A stretch of DNA of 63,961 nt, filler included, from Lenisia limosa (Eukaryota; Protista; Breviatea), in NCBI GenBank assembly GCA_001655205.1. It is 10 parts of 10 records of this genome, joined end to end, with 100 filler letters (N's around TTAATTAATTAA, not from the genome) between each part and the next. Parts side by side here need not be neighbours in the genome. Positions count along the whole stretch, not along the records: positions 45,087 to 48,612 come from LPNZ01004212.1; positions 48,713 to 55,910 come from LPNZ01007933.1; positions 56,011 to 57,334 come from LPNZ01004359.1; positions 57,435 to 58,798 come from LPNZ01000176.1; positions 58,899 to 61,973 come from LPNZ01001405.1; 5 more parts are not named here. The stretch is one strand, 5' to 3'. The notes under the pieces are model-generated. The model was given only the letters and a program-made list of their open reading frames with translations. It ran no database searches and had not been told where the DNA came from. The translations under genes and the position numbers were made by a program. Below, piece by piece: positions 47,931 through 61,247 of the stretch (position 1 is its first letter; each line of letters begins with the position of its first letter).

Positions 47931-50900
47931 AAGGAAAATTCTTGAAAAAACCGTTACAAAAATTGACTTAAATACCTCAAAATCACTACATTATCTCCAA
48001 AAATGGACTTCAGATTCGAATTCTCCTTGAAAATCTGCGTTTCTATAGTGGGGCACTTTAATAGGCTCAAAATGCTATTATTCTGAAAGAGGGGGGTTTC
48101 AAAAAATATTTTCGCGTAAAGGAAACTGGGTTCCCCCGGCCGGGTTCGATTCTGATCAAAAGATCTTTTTTTTCGATTTTTTTATTTCTTCATTTTTTTT
48201 CTTCTTTTTGCTCAAAATTTCTTTGTTTTAATGTAATTGATTGATAGTCTAGTACTCAAAACTGCCGAATTTCACACTAAAAATGGTCTTATTGAAGCGA
48301 TATATGTCGATTTTTGGCTTGTTCGTGGTTTGTTAATCGTAACCCAGTTGAAGTTAACTGCAACTGGGTTACGATTNNNNNNNNNNNNNNNNNNNNNNNN
48401 NNNNNNNNNNNNNNGGTTTTCTCGAGTACTTCTGCTTTTTTTCTTCTTTATTTTTTAACGAGCTTCACTCTTTTTGAAAAAAACAAGTCTAAAATGTATA
48501 TATTTTGTGTTTATCTCGCAAAATTAGAAGTATCTTGACTTAATTTATCCTTCATTTTCGGGGTGATTTGTATTCTACTATTTCAAAAATCGATTTATAA
48601 TACTTGTTAATANNNNNNNNNNNNNNNNNNNNNNNNNNNNNNNNNNNNNNNNNNNNTTAATTAATTAANNNNNNNNNNNNNNNNNNNNNNNNNNNNNNNN
48701 NNNNNNNNNNNNTTTCAGAAAAGCGGTCGCGGTTATGTTACAGGTCGCGGTCGTGTGCACTCACCTATGTAGGATATCAACAAAAGATGGACAGCATTAG
48801 AATAATCCCCCAAAAAAAGACGGTCTGAAAACGAAGCATAAAACCAAGAGGGTCAAGTGCCTTGGCACTGCAGTCGACGGTATCGAGGATGGGGAGAGTT
48901 TTAGATGTGTTCTGGCGCTGGTCAATGGGATACCTCACAACCTTCCGGTTTACAACACCAAGGGTCGACGAGTCAACCCCATGCCAAAAAATCGACGAGT
49001 CAACCCCATGCCAAAAAATGTGATTGTCAATATGATAAAAATGCTCCATGTCTTTTTGCATAATTTACCATCGATATGTGCATGAATAGAAATGAAAAAA
49101 AATCTCAATTTCGTACCTTCGACCAACGAGTGTCAACCGGTCCTTTCAATTTACAAAAAGACTGGACCGAACTGGACTCGACAGACCGTCCAAACAAAGA
49201 GGAGTTTTTAGTTGTTGTAGTATTTTAAGTAATTGCATATTTGAATTAGTTCTAAGAACCATTTTGGAAGTGCACAAAAACATTCTTCTCATCAATCCGC
49301 ATATTTGTATTTTTGTTTACATTTTTTTGAAAAAAAATAAAATAAAAATAGCTATGTATTGAATACAAGACAAGGGAAACAAAATACACATTAGGACCAT
49401 ATGTCGGGGAAGCGTCTTGAAGTGTTTTGGGTCCTCATCTTCTCTGAGGAGGTGTAGGGGGGGCAGTCTTCTTCTTTGTAGCAACGGCCACTCCCTCTAT
49501 ATCTAACAACTGTATTAATACATGATAGGCTGTATCAGGGCATTTGTATCTAGAAATTTAACCAGAGAAGTCAGCATTGTTGTCCTTTTCTCATTCACCA
49601 GTCAGCTCAAAATATCACTCTGAAGTTAGAATATTTGTGTACAATCACAAAAAGAAAAAAAATCAATCATGTTGCCGACAGTGTGGTTAAGATTGTTTTT
49701 ATTGAAGATATGGGAAAATAAATATTGCACAACCAACCTTGGGTGTCGATGTATCAATTCCTGCTTATTACGTACTAAGGGGGGAGAAAATGTCACCAAA
49801 ACGAAGAAACCATATTTAAAAAATGGCTAAAATAATTCCAGATTCTATCAGGATTCAACTAGAGAGTCTATTCCAAGTAAGTAAAGAGGAGTCAAAACAG
49901 AAAGCGATACAGCTAAATCGTTATTATTATTTTTATAGTTTTCATTGAACAAATGAATTGTGTCATTTTTTCAGTAATGTGTTTATTTAACCTTTAAGTT
50001 CTCTGAAAGATTTTGGATTAAATGCCAAAAAAGCTGACTCCTTGCATTATCACTTCCTGAAAGAGATGCAAACCATATTAATTGATCAAGTGAGAATCTG
50101 TTGAATCAAAATAATATACAGTGATCACATATTTATCTTCAAAACATTTCGTNNNNNNNNNNNNNNNNNNNNNNNNNNNNNNNNNNNNNNNNNNNNNNNN
50201 NNNNNNNNNNNNNNNNNNNNNNNNNNNNNNNNNNNNNNNNNNNNCCCAAGGTCCAAAATAAGTCATATTCAAATTAATTTTTTGATTGTTTTATTGATTC
50301 TTTTGGAGTAAAAACCCTTGAGAACTACATTGAATTTTTATGGACATTGACAGTAGAAGAAGCTGTTGGGTCCATTAATCAACTGGGCCATTTACCAAAT
50401 CTATTCACGATATTTATTTGGTTCCCCTGACGAAAATCGTATTTTACCTTTACCAATATTAATGGAAACAGATTATTTAGGAACGGGCTTGGCGATTGAT
50501 AACATTTATCGTACTCGTAATTTTTTTTTTATTCTTTCGGAAATTGCCAAATGTGGTGTTAACATGGTTCTAAATATCGTATAATTGCGTTAAAAGAAGA
50601 AAAATACTGTTCAAATATGACGAAATGGGCCAAACAGGGGACTTATTTTTTTTGAAAAGTTTGGTGATCAGATCTCAAAATTTTTGTGGTCAGCGATCTT
50701 GTCCACTTATTTATTTATTTTTTTTTTACGCAGGGAAGCTGTCCTGAGTTTGGGTCACTTGCCATTGAGGAAAAAATCTCGTCTTTGTACTCCCCTGCGG
50801 AGGACAAAGGTGTCCTAGAATACCTTTCCAAGTCCACCGCTGCATATCTCCTCAACGTAAGGAGGCAAATTGTTGTATTCACTGATGATANNNNNNNNNN

Positions 50901-51779
50901 GTTTTGTGTGATTGTTTATTAATTGATTAGGTGAAACGCAACCAAATCTCAAAATATAAAAATGGGGCTATCAAGTGAAGACCTGGACGCACAACATGTT
51001 TTCACGGAGGTTTTCCTGACGGCGGATTCCATGTGGTACTTTTTGACACGCTTGAGGCGCCTTCTCAATTTGACTTAGGAATGAGATTACACTGGTGTGG
51101 TACTTGTGATTGGGACATAATTAGAGCCATGTCGGGCTGTGTTGAATTCGGGTTAGGCAAAAACCGTTATAAAAGGCCACATTCAAGGAATAAATGGCAA
51201 CTATCCGGGAAAGTTTACCCCTGTAGACAGTGCTATTTTTAGCATTTTTTCCTCAAAATTCACCATTACATAGCCAAAGCAAATGGGAACCCGGAACCAA
51301 TTACTCCGAGGGGTACAAATTTTTGTTTCTTAACACTAAAAGAGGGTAAGATTCAGAAAAAAATCCCTGTGAAAAGGCAAAAGGGGGACCGGACCCCCGT
51401 GAGACCAAATTCACGGATTTTTGACATTTGATCAAAATTGAAAAAACAAGTTAGGGAACATTAGGAGGTCCATTTCTCTATGTATCTTTCGAAGCATTTT
51501 TTCAAAAAAACACTAGCAATGGCCTATACAAGGTGTCAACTTCAAGCTGTCCGGGAGTTTTGATGCGTCCGGGAATTTTGAATGATGTCCGGAGCTTTGA
51601 GGACCCACATATAATATATATATACATACTACATGTATATATATTTCCCAAAAACAGTCGGAGGTCACTAATTCGAGGATTAGCAACGGAACGGAGGNNN
51701 NNNNNNNGTTCACCCATGTTGGCACATATAGTATGCTGGGGAGGCACGCAGGAAGCTGTGTGCACAGAGTTGTAAGGCA

Positions 51780-52406
51780 AACCAATAATGAAAAGTTACT
51801 CATAAAATTTCAACCATCAGTAACTCGATTAAAAAGTAAAAATGGTGATTCCCTCCTTAATAAGAATATTCCTGGACTTCCCAAATCAACCATTGGTAGA
51901 CACTGTCATTGTCATGAAGTCCTTAAGAAGCCGATGACACCAATTAAACGACACCAGGGTCGGCTTTCCCGCCTCAAAGGAGTAAATGTGAGCGTTGATG
52001 TAATTAAGACTGAGAAAAAAGGGGTATTGTTTGTTCATTGTCTTGAATGGTGTCAAGTAAGACGTCATTGGTGCTGACTGGCAAAAAATTTATTGGTCCG
52101 ATGAATCGAAGCTTGAGTTGTTTCGTGCAAACAAAGCTTGGTTTGTGGTCTGAAAAAGAGGTGATGGTCAAGCTTTGAAGATGGAGCATATTGTTCCTAC
52201 TTTTAAGCATGGTGGTTCTGTCTTGGTTTGGGGCTCTATTGGTCAGAAAGAGTTGGTGAATTATACAAAATGACAGATGCAATGCAGAAGATTATAAAAG
52301 GAAGATTCTCATACCATTGGTCCGCAAGTCGATGAATTCCTGCACTGGGCTACCCTTGGAGCAAGCAATTTTCCGACAAGATAATGCTCCTATTCACACT
52401 GCCAAG
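51780..52406 (+). mobile_element. Degenerate Tc1-family transposase
   Basis: LEWCQVRRHW..W..; WSDESKLELF (52094); VPTFKHGGSVLVWG; IFRQDNAPIHTAK. Stops and frameshifts; third catalytic residue not present in this fragment. Confidence 0.82.
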
Positions 52407-52469
52407 GTACGTCCTTTACTGCTCGTGTTTTTTTGACTCATCTTTTTGTCAAAAGGAAGGATTTCTTCT

Positions 52470-52800
52470 CTTACTGCTGAATGCTGGAAACTTGCAGTCT
52501 AAGACTGCTTCTGAGACGCTGATTTTGGTTGAAATCCTCTCAGCCTTAGCATTCAGAGTGTTTCTTTTGAGGATGATCGACTGGAGTTTTTCAACGATCT
52601 TCTCAATATATTCTAAAAGTTGCTGGGTTCCTTCTTAACTCTTCTCTTCTTTATTGTTCTGTGTCGGGCCAGCAGAAGAGCTCGGTGGGTATTGACTGGG
52701 TTAGCGGCAGACTGAGCTTGGAGGGCTCGGAGAGCACGGACGATATCATGGGCAAGGAGGGGAGAGGACTCGTAGGTAAGTGACGGGGGAGTAAGGAATA
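52470..52800 (-). CDS. Exons of a hypothetical coiled-coil protein
   Basis: YESSPLLAHDIVRALRALQAQSAANP...; AG|EYIEKIVEKLQSIILKRNTLNAKAEDFNQNQRLRSSLRLQVSSIQ|GT. Confidence 0.4.
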
Positions 52801-53699
52801 ATTGCACTGTCATTTTTAGACAATTAAATCTTATTGTGAAAAGACTAACTACTCTGTTCTGGAGTGGCCTTCTCAATCTCCTGACCTCAACTAATTGATC
52901 AGAAAATTGTAGTTAAAGTTAAAAAAAAATCATAAAACGAGGTATATCAGCTCCATATGCTGTTTTTAATTTTAAAAGTGGTTTCAATAGGCTCTGAAAC
53001 GAGAAAGAAACTTTCACCTAATATATATCATATGCTGCTCTGAATATCATATGATATATTACTAGCTATATGATATGATATGTACTGTATGTGTATGCAT
53101 ACGCTGCTCAGTATAAACCGTGGGATTAATTAAAACCTTGAGATGTATTAAAATCATTTCGAAGATATTCTTTGTTTTTTTCTAAACCGTGTTTTTATCC
53201 TTCTGATATTTATTACGTCTTCTTAGAATAATAATTGTCTTTTGTATATCCGAATTTTCTTGCAATAATGGACAAAAAATGCATCACCAGAACCATACAA
53301 AAAAAGAGACCGTTTTCTTTACCTTTTCGACTTGTGATTTCGTTGATATGAAGGCTGGACATGATTCCTTCCTGGACTTGACGACAACACCGTTTCTTGT
53401 TGATTTGACATTCTCTTCTGTCAATTGACAATGAAAGAGTGATGTAGGGGATGAACACAGAATATTTGCATAAAAAGGAAAAGACCTGATACGAGTACAT
53501 TTTGCATTGGAATCAGGGGGAAGATTCACCTTTGACAAGCTATTCAGCCCCCCCCCCCCCATTTTGNNNNNNNNNNNNNNNNNNNNNNNNNNNNTCTGTT
53601 AATTAACCACAATTTTTTTGTTTTGAATCATTTCACTTGATTAGCTGTGAAGCAATTGTTGAGGGTTCTAATTGGATGAAAGATTTCTGATTATTTGTT

Positions 53700-54240
53700 G
53701 TAGCTTTCGACACATCAAAAACAGCTTTTCAGAGAACTTCAATGCACTTATGAAGGTATTACAATACATACAATGTACTACAAACAACCCCAATTTATCA
53801 CATTTTTTGTAATACTGACTTTATAATTCCTTTCTCGGCCTTTCCTCCTTTTCTTCCAAACAAGACAACTGGGGGGTTTTGAAAGAAGTTAGCCCTTCAT
53901 CCACGAAGTATTTATGGAATAACTATGCTGATACGGTAGTTTTAACTTCTTCAGGAATATTGTGTTCAATCTGTGACTAAGATGCGCTTGTTCTTGCAAG
54001 ACTGTGGACGGTGTTCTTTGATTTGTTTTATTGTTGCCAAACAATAGGCACTACAAAAATATTTTCTTCTAATTTCTCCCTCTCTCTCATTACTCCTATA
54101 TTTGGAACAGGGTTATTAAGTAATAACAGTTAATAAATATTTTAATACACATTTATCTGGTATGTTTTAGCTGTCGCTGCTGTCAACTGGATGTTGTTCT
54201 TCACTATTTCAAGGCGGCCTACAATGACTTGGAAGGTAAG
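53700..54240 (+). CDS. Small exons of a hypothetical protein
   Basis: AG/GT-bounded FRHIKNSFSENFNALMK; DALVLARLWT; CQLDVVLHYFKAAYNDLE. Confidence 0.3.
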
Positions 54241-54889
54241 GGTGACAAGCCTACACGTAACGTGCTTGAGGTTTATTTGAAATATGAGCAATTGTTTTGG
54301 AAATTAAATAGCCATTGTTTTCTTGTTGAATGTTGCTAGTGTCATTTCTTTTCTTTGTTTCATGTTGGTACTTAATACATTGATGGGATTTTAAAATTAA
54401 TTGAAGTTTTTTCTGTCTCGATTCTTTCTGAGAAATTGGGGGTTATGAACATTTCTTTCTGCCCATCTTCTGCCATTTTCTTCTCTCTGTCTGAACAACA
54501 CAACAAACGTTGGTCATTTATCCAATTCCTGCGGGAAAATAAATATTATCATATTTTCTCACCATATTCATCATATGTATGTAGGACTTCCCTACAGTCC
54601 GAAAAAGCCTGGTAAAAAATAATAAAAATAATAATATAGGTGGCAGTGGAAAACCTCGACAGGGGGGGGGGGGAACCTNNNNNNNNNNNNNNNNNNNNNN
54701 NNNNNNNNNNNNNNNNNNNNNNNNNNNNNNNNNNNNNNNNNNNNNNNNNNNNNNNNNNNNNNNNNNNNNNNNNNNNNNNNNNNNNNNNNNNNNNNNNNNN
54801 NGAAAACACGCGAAAGATGACAGGAAAATTGTATTTAACATGTGATACGGAAAAGTAAAAGGTTAAATCTCAACAAGAATAATAATGCC

Positions 54890-55910
54890 ATACCTCGTAG
54901 AGGTTTATCGACAGCAACTGGGTGAATCCTGTGGGCTCTTGCTAGGTGTGTAAGAATAGACCAAACAGGTAATGCAGGAAAGCATCAAGCGGGAAATAAT
55001 AGGAAAATACAACAAACCATGAGTGGCCTCTTCGAGTTGACGACGCCTCTCAGCCTCAGCGGCCTCCACTTCTTGAAGAAGCTTGGCCTTGTAATGCTCA
55101 ATGGTTGATGGGGTGATGTCAACGCGCTTCTTTTTAGGAGAAGTAGTCTCGTAGATAGTCACGGGGGCAATCTTGATACAGCTGTACTTGGCCCAAGGGA
55201 GGGTGTCACGGTCAGCAAGGAAAAGTTCGACTTCAGCAGCAGTGAGTTGGTCACGGTACTTGGCAACGGCAGCGTCCTCATTTTCCTTGGCAACCTCAAT
55301 CAAGGAAATGAGCTCGGGGGTGTTGAGGAACAGAAAGTAGCGAAGTAATCTTGACAGGTGACTGTCAGGATCAGCAAAGCAGGTGCATCAGCGGGAAGCC
55401 CAAGCTTTTCACGCTGTGCCTTGACGGCAGGTACGAAGACATCAAATCCCCAAGCCGTAAGAGATTCGACGTTCTAATACAATAAAGAGAAACAATAATG
55501 GAATTATCAAGATCCAAAAAAGGAGGGTAACTTTTAAAATAGCTGATCATCATACCTGCCATCCATTTGGTGCGTGATATGCCTTGGCGCCATACTCTTT
55601 GAGGATAACCTCTTCTTCTTTCACAGTCTTCTGGTTTACAAGAAACACAGAAGGGACTTGAAAGGGACCAGTGCTACGAAAGGGTTCTTGCAGCGTCCCC
55701 CCCCCCCTAACAATTTTCAGAAGTGACTATTAACCCCCCCCCTCTCACAAGTATCACAAATAATTGCTCCCATCATCCAATATCACCACTAGTATCACAC
55801 ACCCTTCCATTATTTTTCACAATAAATACAGTAAATGTTGATACCACAATCGCAATCGTTCCAATGAAGGTGATGTGGCTTGGGGGAGTGGGGGTCTTGC
55901 CGTAGGTCTT
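54890..55910 (-). mobile_element. Intron-containing pogo-like (DDE_1) transposase derivative with apparent internal deletion
   Basis: SHITFIGTIAIV|...VPSVFLV...AYHAPNGWMA|NVESLTAWGFDVFVPAVKAQREKLGLPADAPALLI-(1-nt frameshift)-DSHLSR, then directly a C-terminal region with DTLPW similar to QELPW in the 33-kb element. Confidence 0.65.
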
Positions 55911-56079
55911 NNNNNNNNNNNNNNNNNNNNNNNNNNNNNNNNNNNNNNNNNNNNTTAATTAATTAANNNNNNNNNNNNNNNNNNNNNNNNNNNNNNNNNN
56001 NNNNNNNNNNCCGGTCAGTTTAGATTGTTTTGGTTTGGCATTTTCACATTCTCCCCCAGTTGGCTCTCTGAGTTGGAAC

Positions 56080-57225
56080 AAAAACATAGTCCGGGGTGAG
56101 ATTGCAGGCTTTGCTCGCGCGGTCGTGGCTTTCCAGGAGAAGGTGGGGAACAAACTGCAATTTAGCAAGGCATTACATTGGATTTTGACTAAGACGGTTG
56201 GGGCAAATTGCTTTCTGGTTTCTTTACCCCCCTTGTAATCCCCTATAATCCCCTCAGATTTCCAAGGCCGGTACAGCGGTGGAACAGGTCGCAAGTCACC
56301 TGACCGTTTTGGCCAACTCTCGTCTTCATAACCAAGCTTTGAAGGTCGGGACAGAGTCGAGTCTTTTCCTCTTACTACTTTCCTACCCACTTTGTTTGTT
56401 TTGTTGTTATCAACTGTGGTGTGTTGCTCCAAGAGGGTTGATTTTGGGCTTTTTTGTTTCATAAATTTTCCAATTTTCTTGACATCCCAGGCCGAGCTAG
56501 ATGGGTTGCAGAGCGTTGTCGATTCCTTGGTGCTCGCTGAGTTCTCCAATCTCAGCGCCTGGTTGGGGGGGGGGTTATATTGGGATATTTATGGTTATTG
56601 TTTTCCCTCAAGTATCACATACATCTTTGTATATGATAACAATATTTTTTATCTTGTAATTACATTATTTATTCACTTCTCTTGTCACATGTAGTCTAGG
56701 GGATATCGTTTTCACTTCATAATTACACTACATTCAACCCCTTAGGAAATGGCCTGGGCTTTGTTTGTTTTATTGTTTTTAACCCTTGTGTGTTATCAAT
56801 CAACAGAGTTGATTTTGGGCTTTTTCTTGTTCATTAATTTCCAATTTTACTCACCCCCCCCCNNNNNNNNNNNNNNNNNNNNNNNNNNNNNNNNNNNNNN
56901 NNNNNNNNNNNNNNNNNNNNNNNNNNNNNNNNNNNNNCTCGGCTTAAGGAGGCCATAAACCTCTGGTCCTCGCAGGCCATGGGTGGGTAATAGCATAATT
57001 ATTGCTTCCCTATGCTCCCAAAAAAGGCCTCGATAAATATCTGGAAAGCCCTAAGTATAATTCATGATATTGTTATGCTTTGGACGGGAGGATTGGTAAG
57101 TAATCATTTTTTCGGTCAATTTCCCAATAGACTTTGATTATACCCCCTTCCTTCACGCTGTAGACCCACGTGGAAAGAAGTCAGCGGACTTGCCCTCTCT
57201 GACGCCCTCCAAACATTTGATCAGG
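56080..57225 (+). CDS. DYNC1H1: Cytoplasmic dynein heavy chain, tail-region fragment
   Basis: GFARAVVAFQEK|ISKAGTAVEQVASHL...|AELDGLQSVVDSLVLAEFSNLSAW...RLKEAINLW resembles the DHC1 FQEKVDDL...VQKAVDDL...YSNL..W...RL segment. Confidence 0.68.
56385..56490 (+). repeat. Intronic repeat family B copy ending at 3' splice AG (56489-56490)
   Basis: TTTGTTTGTTTTGTTGTTATCAAC...GAGGGTTGATTTTGGGCTTTTTTGTTTCATAAATTTTCCAATTTTC...CCCAG|exon. Confidence 0.75.
56749..56862 (+). repeat. Intronic repeat family B copy
   Basis: ATGGCCTGGGCTTTGTTTG...CAACAGAGTTGATTTTGGGC...TTTCCAATTTTACTCACCCCCCCC, then gap and next dynein exon. Confidence 0.78.
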
Positions 57226-57489
57226 TGGGCTGACGTTTCTATACTATAATAGTTCAATATCTCTCATAAGTGGACGGCTTCGGCCAGATGTATCCTTATT
57301 TTATTCTCATCTCTTTTATTTATCCCCCCCCCCCNNNNNNNNNNNNNNNNNNNNNNNNNNNNNNNNNNNNNNNNNNNNTTAATTAATTAANNNNNNNNNN
57401 NNNNNNNNNNNNNNNNNNNNNNNNNNNNNNNNNNGGGGGGGGGGGGGGTAAAAATGGAACTTTTTATGAGGTGTCAGATAGGAGAAAGG

Positions 57490-57640
57490 GGGGTTAAAGT
57501 TGATAAATTTATGAAACAAAACCAACGCCCAAAATCAACTCTGTTGGCTTGCAACACACGAGGGTTGTAAGCCACAAAACAACCATAGCCCAGGCCAGTC
57601 GCTTGTGACGCACCGCATCCAATCACTCACGGTACGGTAG
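57490..57640 (-). repeat. Intronic repeat family B, near full-length copy
   Basis: Reverse complement CGTACCGTGAGTGATTGGATGCGGTGCGTCACAAGCGACTGGCCTGGGC...CAACCCTCGTGTGTTGCAAGCCAACAGAGTTGATTTTGGGC; sense to the bromodomain gene. Confidence 0.8.
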
Positions 57641-57724
57641 ATTGAAACGGGGGGAGGAGGGGGGTACCCCTTCAAAGCAAAAGCAAAACAAAATTAACAA
57701 CAACAACAAAAATGGTGAGACCAA

Positions 57725-58530
57725 CCTGGTTAAAGAGCTTGGCATTGTAGAAGATCTGCTCAACATCTACTTGGAACTCCTGCAATGTCAATAGTTAATG
57801 GTCAATCCTCCGACTTGTTTTGATAAGAATATGGATTACAACTGCGCTAAAGTACACATTATTTACCAGTTGACTGATTTGTGAACTTTTTTAAGAACGT
57901 AAGTCCGACCCACTTCAAAGGTCTTGATCTTGCCAGTTGAAAGGTTCTTTTTGATGGCGGAAATGTCCATTCTTCTTTTCACATACACGTCGTATTTCTA
58001 CAAGGTAAATTGTTCGAAATTCAATACGTTTAATCTGACGAAGGAAGAAGGATAATACCTGTCTACATATCAAAAATATTTAGATGACACAGTATTTGAA
58101 AGCTTAAAAAAAGCCGACTACAAAATAATATGCAATAACAATAATAAAAGTTGCAGTTTTAAGGCTTACAGGGGCCACGGATTTTGGCACTGGTTTAGCG
58201 AAAATGTCGAACTCCTACAAATGAGTGAGCGGAAGAGGGAACATGCATATAAAGAGATAATTAATAAAACAAGGTTGCATCTAGTCGAAACTGTACAAAA
58301 GGGAGATCAGAGGATGACATTTGATGATCATTTGGGGTGGTAAAAATTGAAAATTAATGAGAACTGGGGGGTCATTATCAATATTCCTATCCATTCCCTG
58401 ATGAAAATAAAAAAAAACAGCACATACACAAAAAAAATAAAACACCGTCACCAAACCCACATCTTCTTTTGAAAGGATATCCACAAGATGCTTAGTAACA
58501 AGACGGAAGAATTCAGGCTTTTCCAAAAGT
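57725..58530 (-). CDS. Bromodomain-containing protein fragment
   Basis: EFDIFAKPVPKSVAP|KYDVYVKRRMDISAIKKNLSTGKIKTFE|EFQVDVEQIFYNAKLFNQ. Confidence 0.78.
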
Positions 58531-59687
58531 TCTGCAGTGGTTAGGGTCTTAGACTAGTAAATTTACTGTACATATACGTATCATCTTTAGCAATGAAAAA
58601 CAAAGGTTGTTTCTGGCAGAAGCCGTCCTCACCATCACGCTTATAAGAGATACTGGATTAAGGTATATGTATGATAAAATATATGGGTATGCAATAGGCT
58701 TTTTCGACAAGGTAGGGTAAATCAACGCCATTTGCGACATGTATTATATCAATCTTATGCTGGGGAGGCACACATGATTGGGGGAATTATAATCCAAANN
58801 NNNNNNNNNNNNNNNNNNNNNNNNNNNNNNNNNNNNNNNNNNTTAATTAATTAANNNNNNNNNNNNNNNNNNNNNNNNNNNNNNNNNNNNNNNNNNNNTA
58901 AATTAATTAATGGGGAGGGCAGTACGTACCATTCTTTTTACCAATACAGCCCTCCTACTCTCAATTTTAAAAGTGGAAACTGTTTCAGAAATCTTGGAAA
59001 CCAGTTTTTACTGTAAGTTGGCTTTTCCCCAGTGTGTTTAGTGATGATGTCTGACGCCTGAATAGGTAAAATGAATATGCAATTTAGTGCACCCTCCATT
59101 CAAGTACTTCCCAACAAGAGTTTTTGAAGATAGCTAGGCAGGTGATGAAAAAAGAAGCACAGGCGGTGATTCAAGATACTACACACCCATTCAACATTGT
59201 CTGAATGTCTCTAAATGAAGGTACTTCTCTTCCCGCGTCATCACAAATAATCTTCAAAGATGCAATTTTTTCATGATTTGCAAGGTTATCAAACCTTGTC
59301 CTCTGTTTTCTGACCTCAATGCGAAGCCACTCATACTTACGTTGCTTCTAAAAAAAGTGATTTTTTTGAATACTGGTTCGTTCAATTGTGAAAAGAACTG
59401 AAGAATAGATCATGATTTCGCTCCATACCATGATACAGCGTAAATGTTATATCATTCAAGGAATAAAGATATTAATTTTTTAATTTAACCNNNNNNNNNN
59501 ACTGAAAAGGACAGTTTACAATTAAAATACTCGAAATCTTTTTTAAAAAGGGTGTGGTAGATTTTGGTCAAAAAGAAACCAAATACTTGCGCCCAGTCAA
59601 AAATACCGAAAATTTTAAAAGTGGACACAATAATGTGACTGGACACAAATATGTACCTTCACCTATGTACATAAGGAGTACGAAGAA

Positions 59688-61247
59688 ATGCCTAAAGCAC
59701 CATGGCATCGACTGGAATTGATTAATGACTATGTTAAAGAAGTTGAAGAACCCGACACTGCCTTCAGAATGCATGCACCTCCCCCAGGAACTGATCTTGA
59801 AAAGGCTGAGCGCCATGTTGTTGTTGGAATTACGTACTCTGCTCTCCAAAACAAGCAGACGTTTATCCGCACACTTTGGAGAATCTCCACCAAGTTCCAC
59901 CTGAGACCATCGAATCCCGCAGAGCTCCAGCTTGATGACTGCCGTATCCATGTGAACGCTGAGGTTTGTAAATTGCATTATTGCACATTAACTGTTTAGG
60001 TATCAGGAATGGCTTACTTGGCCTGTACATTATATTTGAACCTTCAATGTCCTCACAGATCATCCAAGTGGGGTTTTATAAGAGTCAACCATAACATTCC
60101 CGTTTTGTTTTTACATTTGAATAGGCTAATGATAGACCCCTTCACGCACATATGAATTCGATGATCGCCAAACGTGCTAAAGACTATTTCTCAGAGAATG
60201 GTGGGATGTGAGCTGGGTGTAGTGTGTCTTGCCATGCAAAATATTGACATTTTTGACATTATTATAGAATGTCTGCTGAGGCACGCTTCAATTATTCGAG
60301 CTGGACTTGACTGTCCATCGAAGGAGACTATTGCGTACTCCATCCAATCACGAGGATTCTTTGCTTCAATAAACCTGAGCGTATTTCTACGAATCACTTC
60401 AAATATGGAAAGGTTTGTTTAAAGTATCCAATGTGAACACAGTGTACCTACAAGTCAGTTTTATAATCACCTTTTAGGGATATAGACCAGAGGGGTATCC
60501 AGATCCCAACTCCAAATTCCTCGATGACCTGTACTCAAAGCTCAATATGAACTTTCCACCACCTTCTGCATGCCTGTGTCTTCAACTGCCGGCATTCCCC
60601 TCATTCTTGAAAAAGGCCACAGTCCATGAAAAGCTGATTTGAGGACTGAGACACAGACTTGCCCGATTCTCAAAAATTTCGACCAGGAGCTCCAGTTATT
60701 AGTGAAGGCTTCCTCGCTTATTAGGAATGATACTTCTATTCCTGATAGCATCCGCAGTGAACTGGAGATGTGTGCCTCAATGCTTGCCACGACAGATTTT
60801 CATGTTGAGCACCCAAAAGATTGGATCCAAGTGTATGGTACATTACACACTCATGATATTCTTTCAGAGTATCGAAGCCATGTGATCAAAGCTGCAGTTG
60901 AGGCCCATACGCTTGGTCCTGTGTCCGGGATCAATGATGACGTTTCTTTGAAACTCATGAAAACCACAAATACTGGCAATGTGGTTGAGATCAAGCCCCC
61001 CAAGAAAACACGGCTTGCCCTTTGGAAAACGGTGCTGTTTTAACCTATGCAAACGAAAAGACTTGGTGGCGCGGCTCTTATGACGACTCATCAACGCAAG
61101 AGGAGAGCGGAGCTGGATGCCCTTGATACTGATGTAGCAACTGTCGCTCAGGGACCGGGGAGAGGAAGAGCAAGAGGTCGTGGACGGGGACGTGGTACCG
61201 TGCGAGGAAGACCAAGAGGCCGTGGTCGACCCCGGCTCAACCCCTAG
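59688..61247 (+). pseudogene. Degenerate gene with short AT-rich introns and RG-rich / AT-hook-like C-terminus (probably transposon-derived)
   Basis: ORFs 59688, 60639 and 61047 link via short introns, frameshifts and an in-frame TAA. Tail GRGRARGRGRGRGTVRGRPRGRGRPR. Confidence 0.5.

Noticed and set aside
50290-50590. piggyBac-like transposase relic (LGTGLAIDNIY)
   Set aside because: Only one loose DN-motif resemblance, with no second motif or TTAA/TIR evidence; too weak to call.
51725-58775. Shared TATGCTGGGGAGGCAC at about 51732 and 58757 as a Tc1 TIR
   Set aside because: Only 16 bp, no matching inverted partner seen, and the copies are on different contigs; left unassigned.
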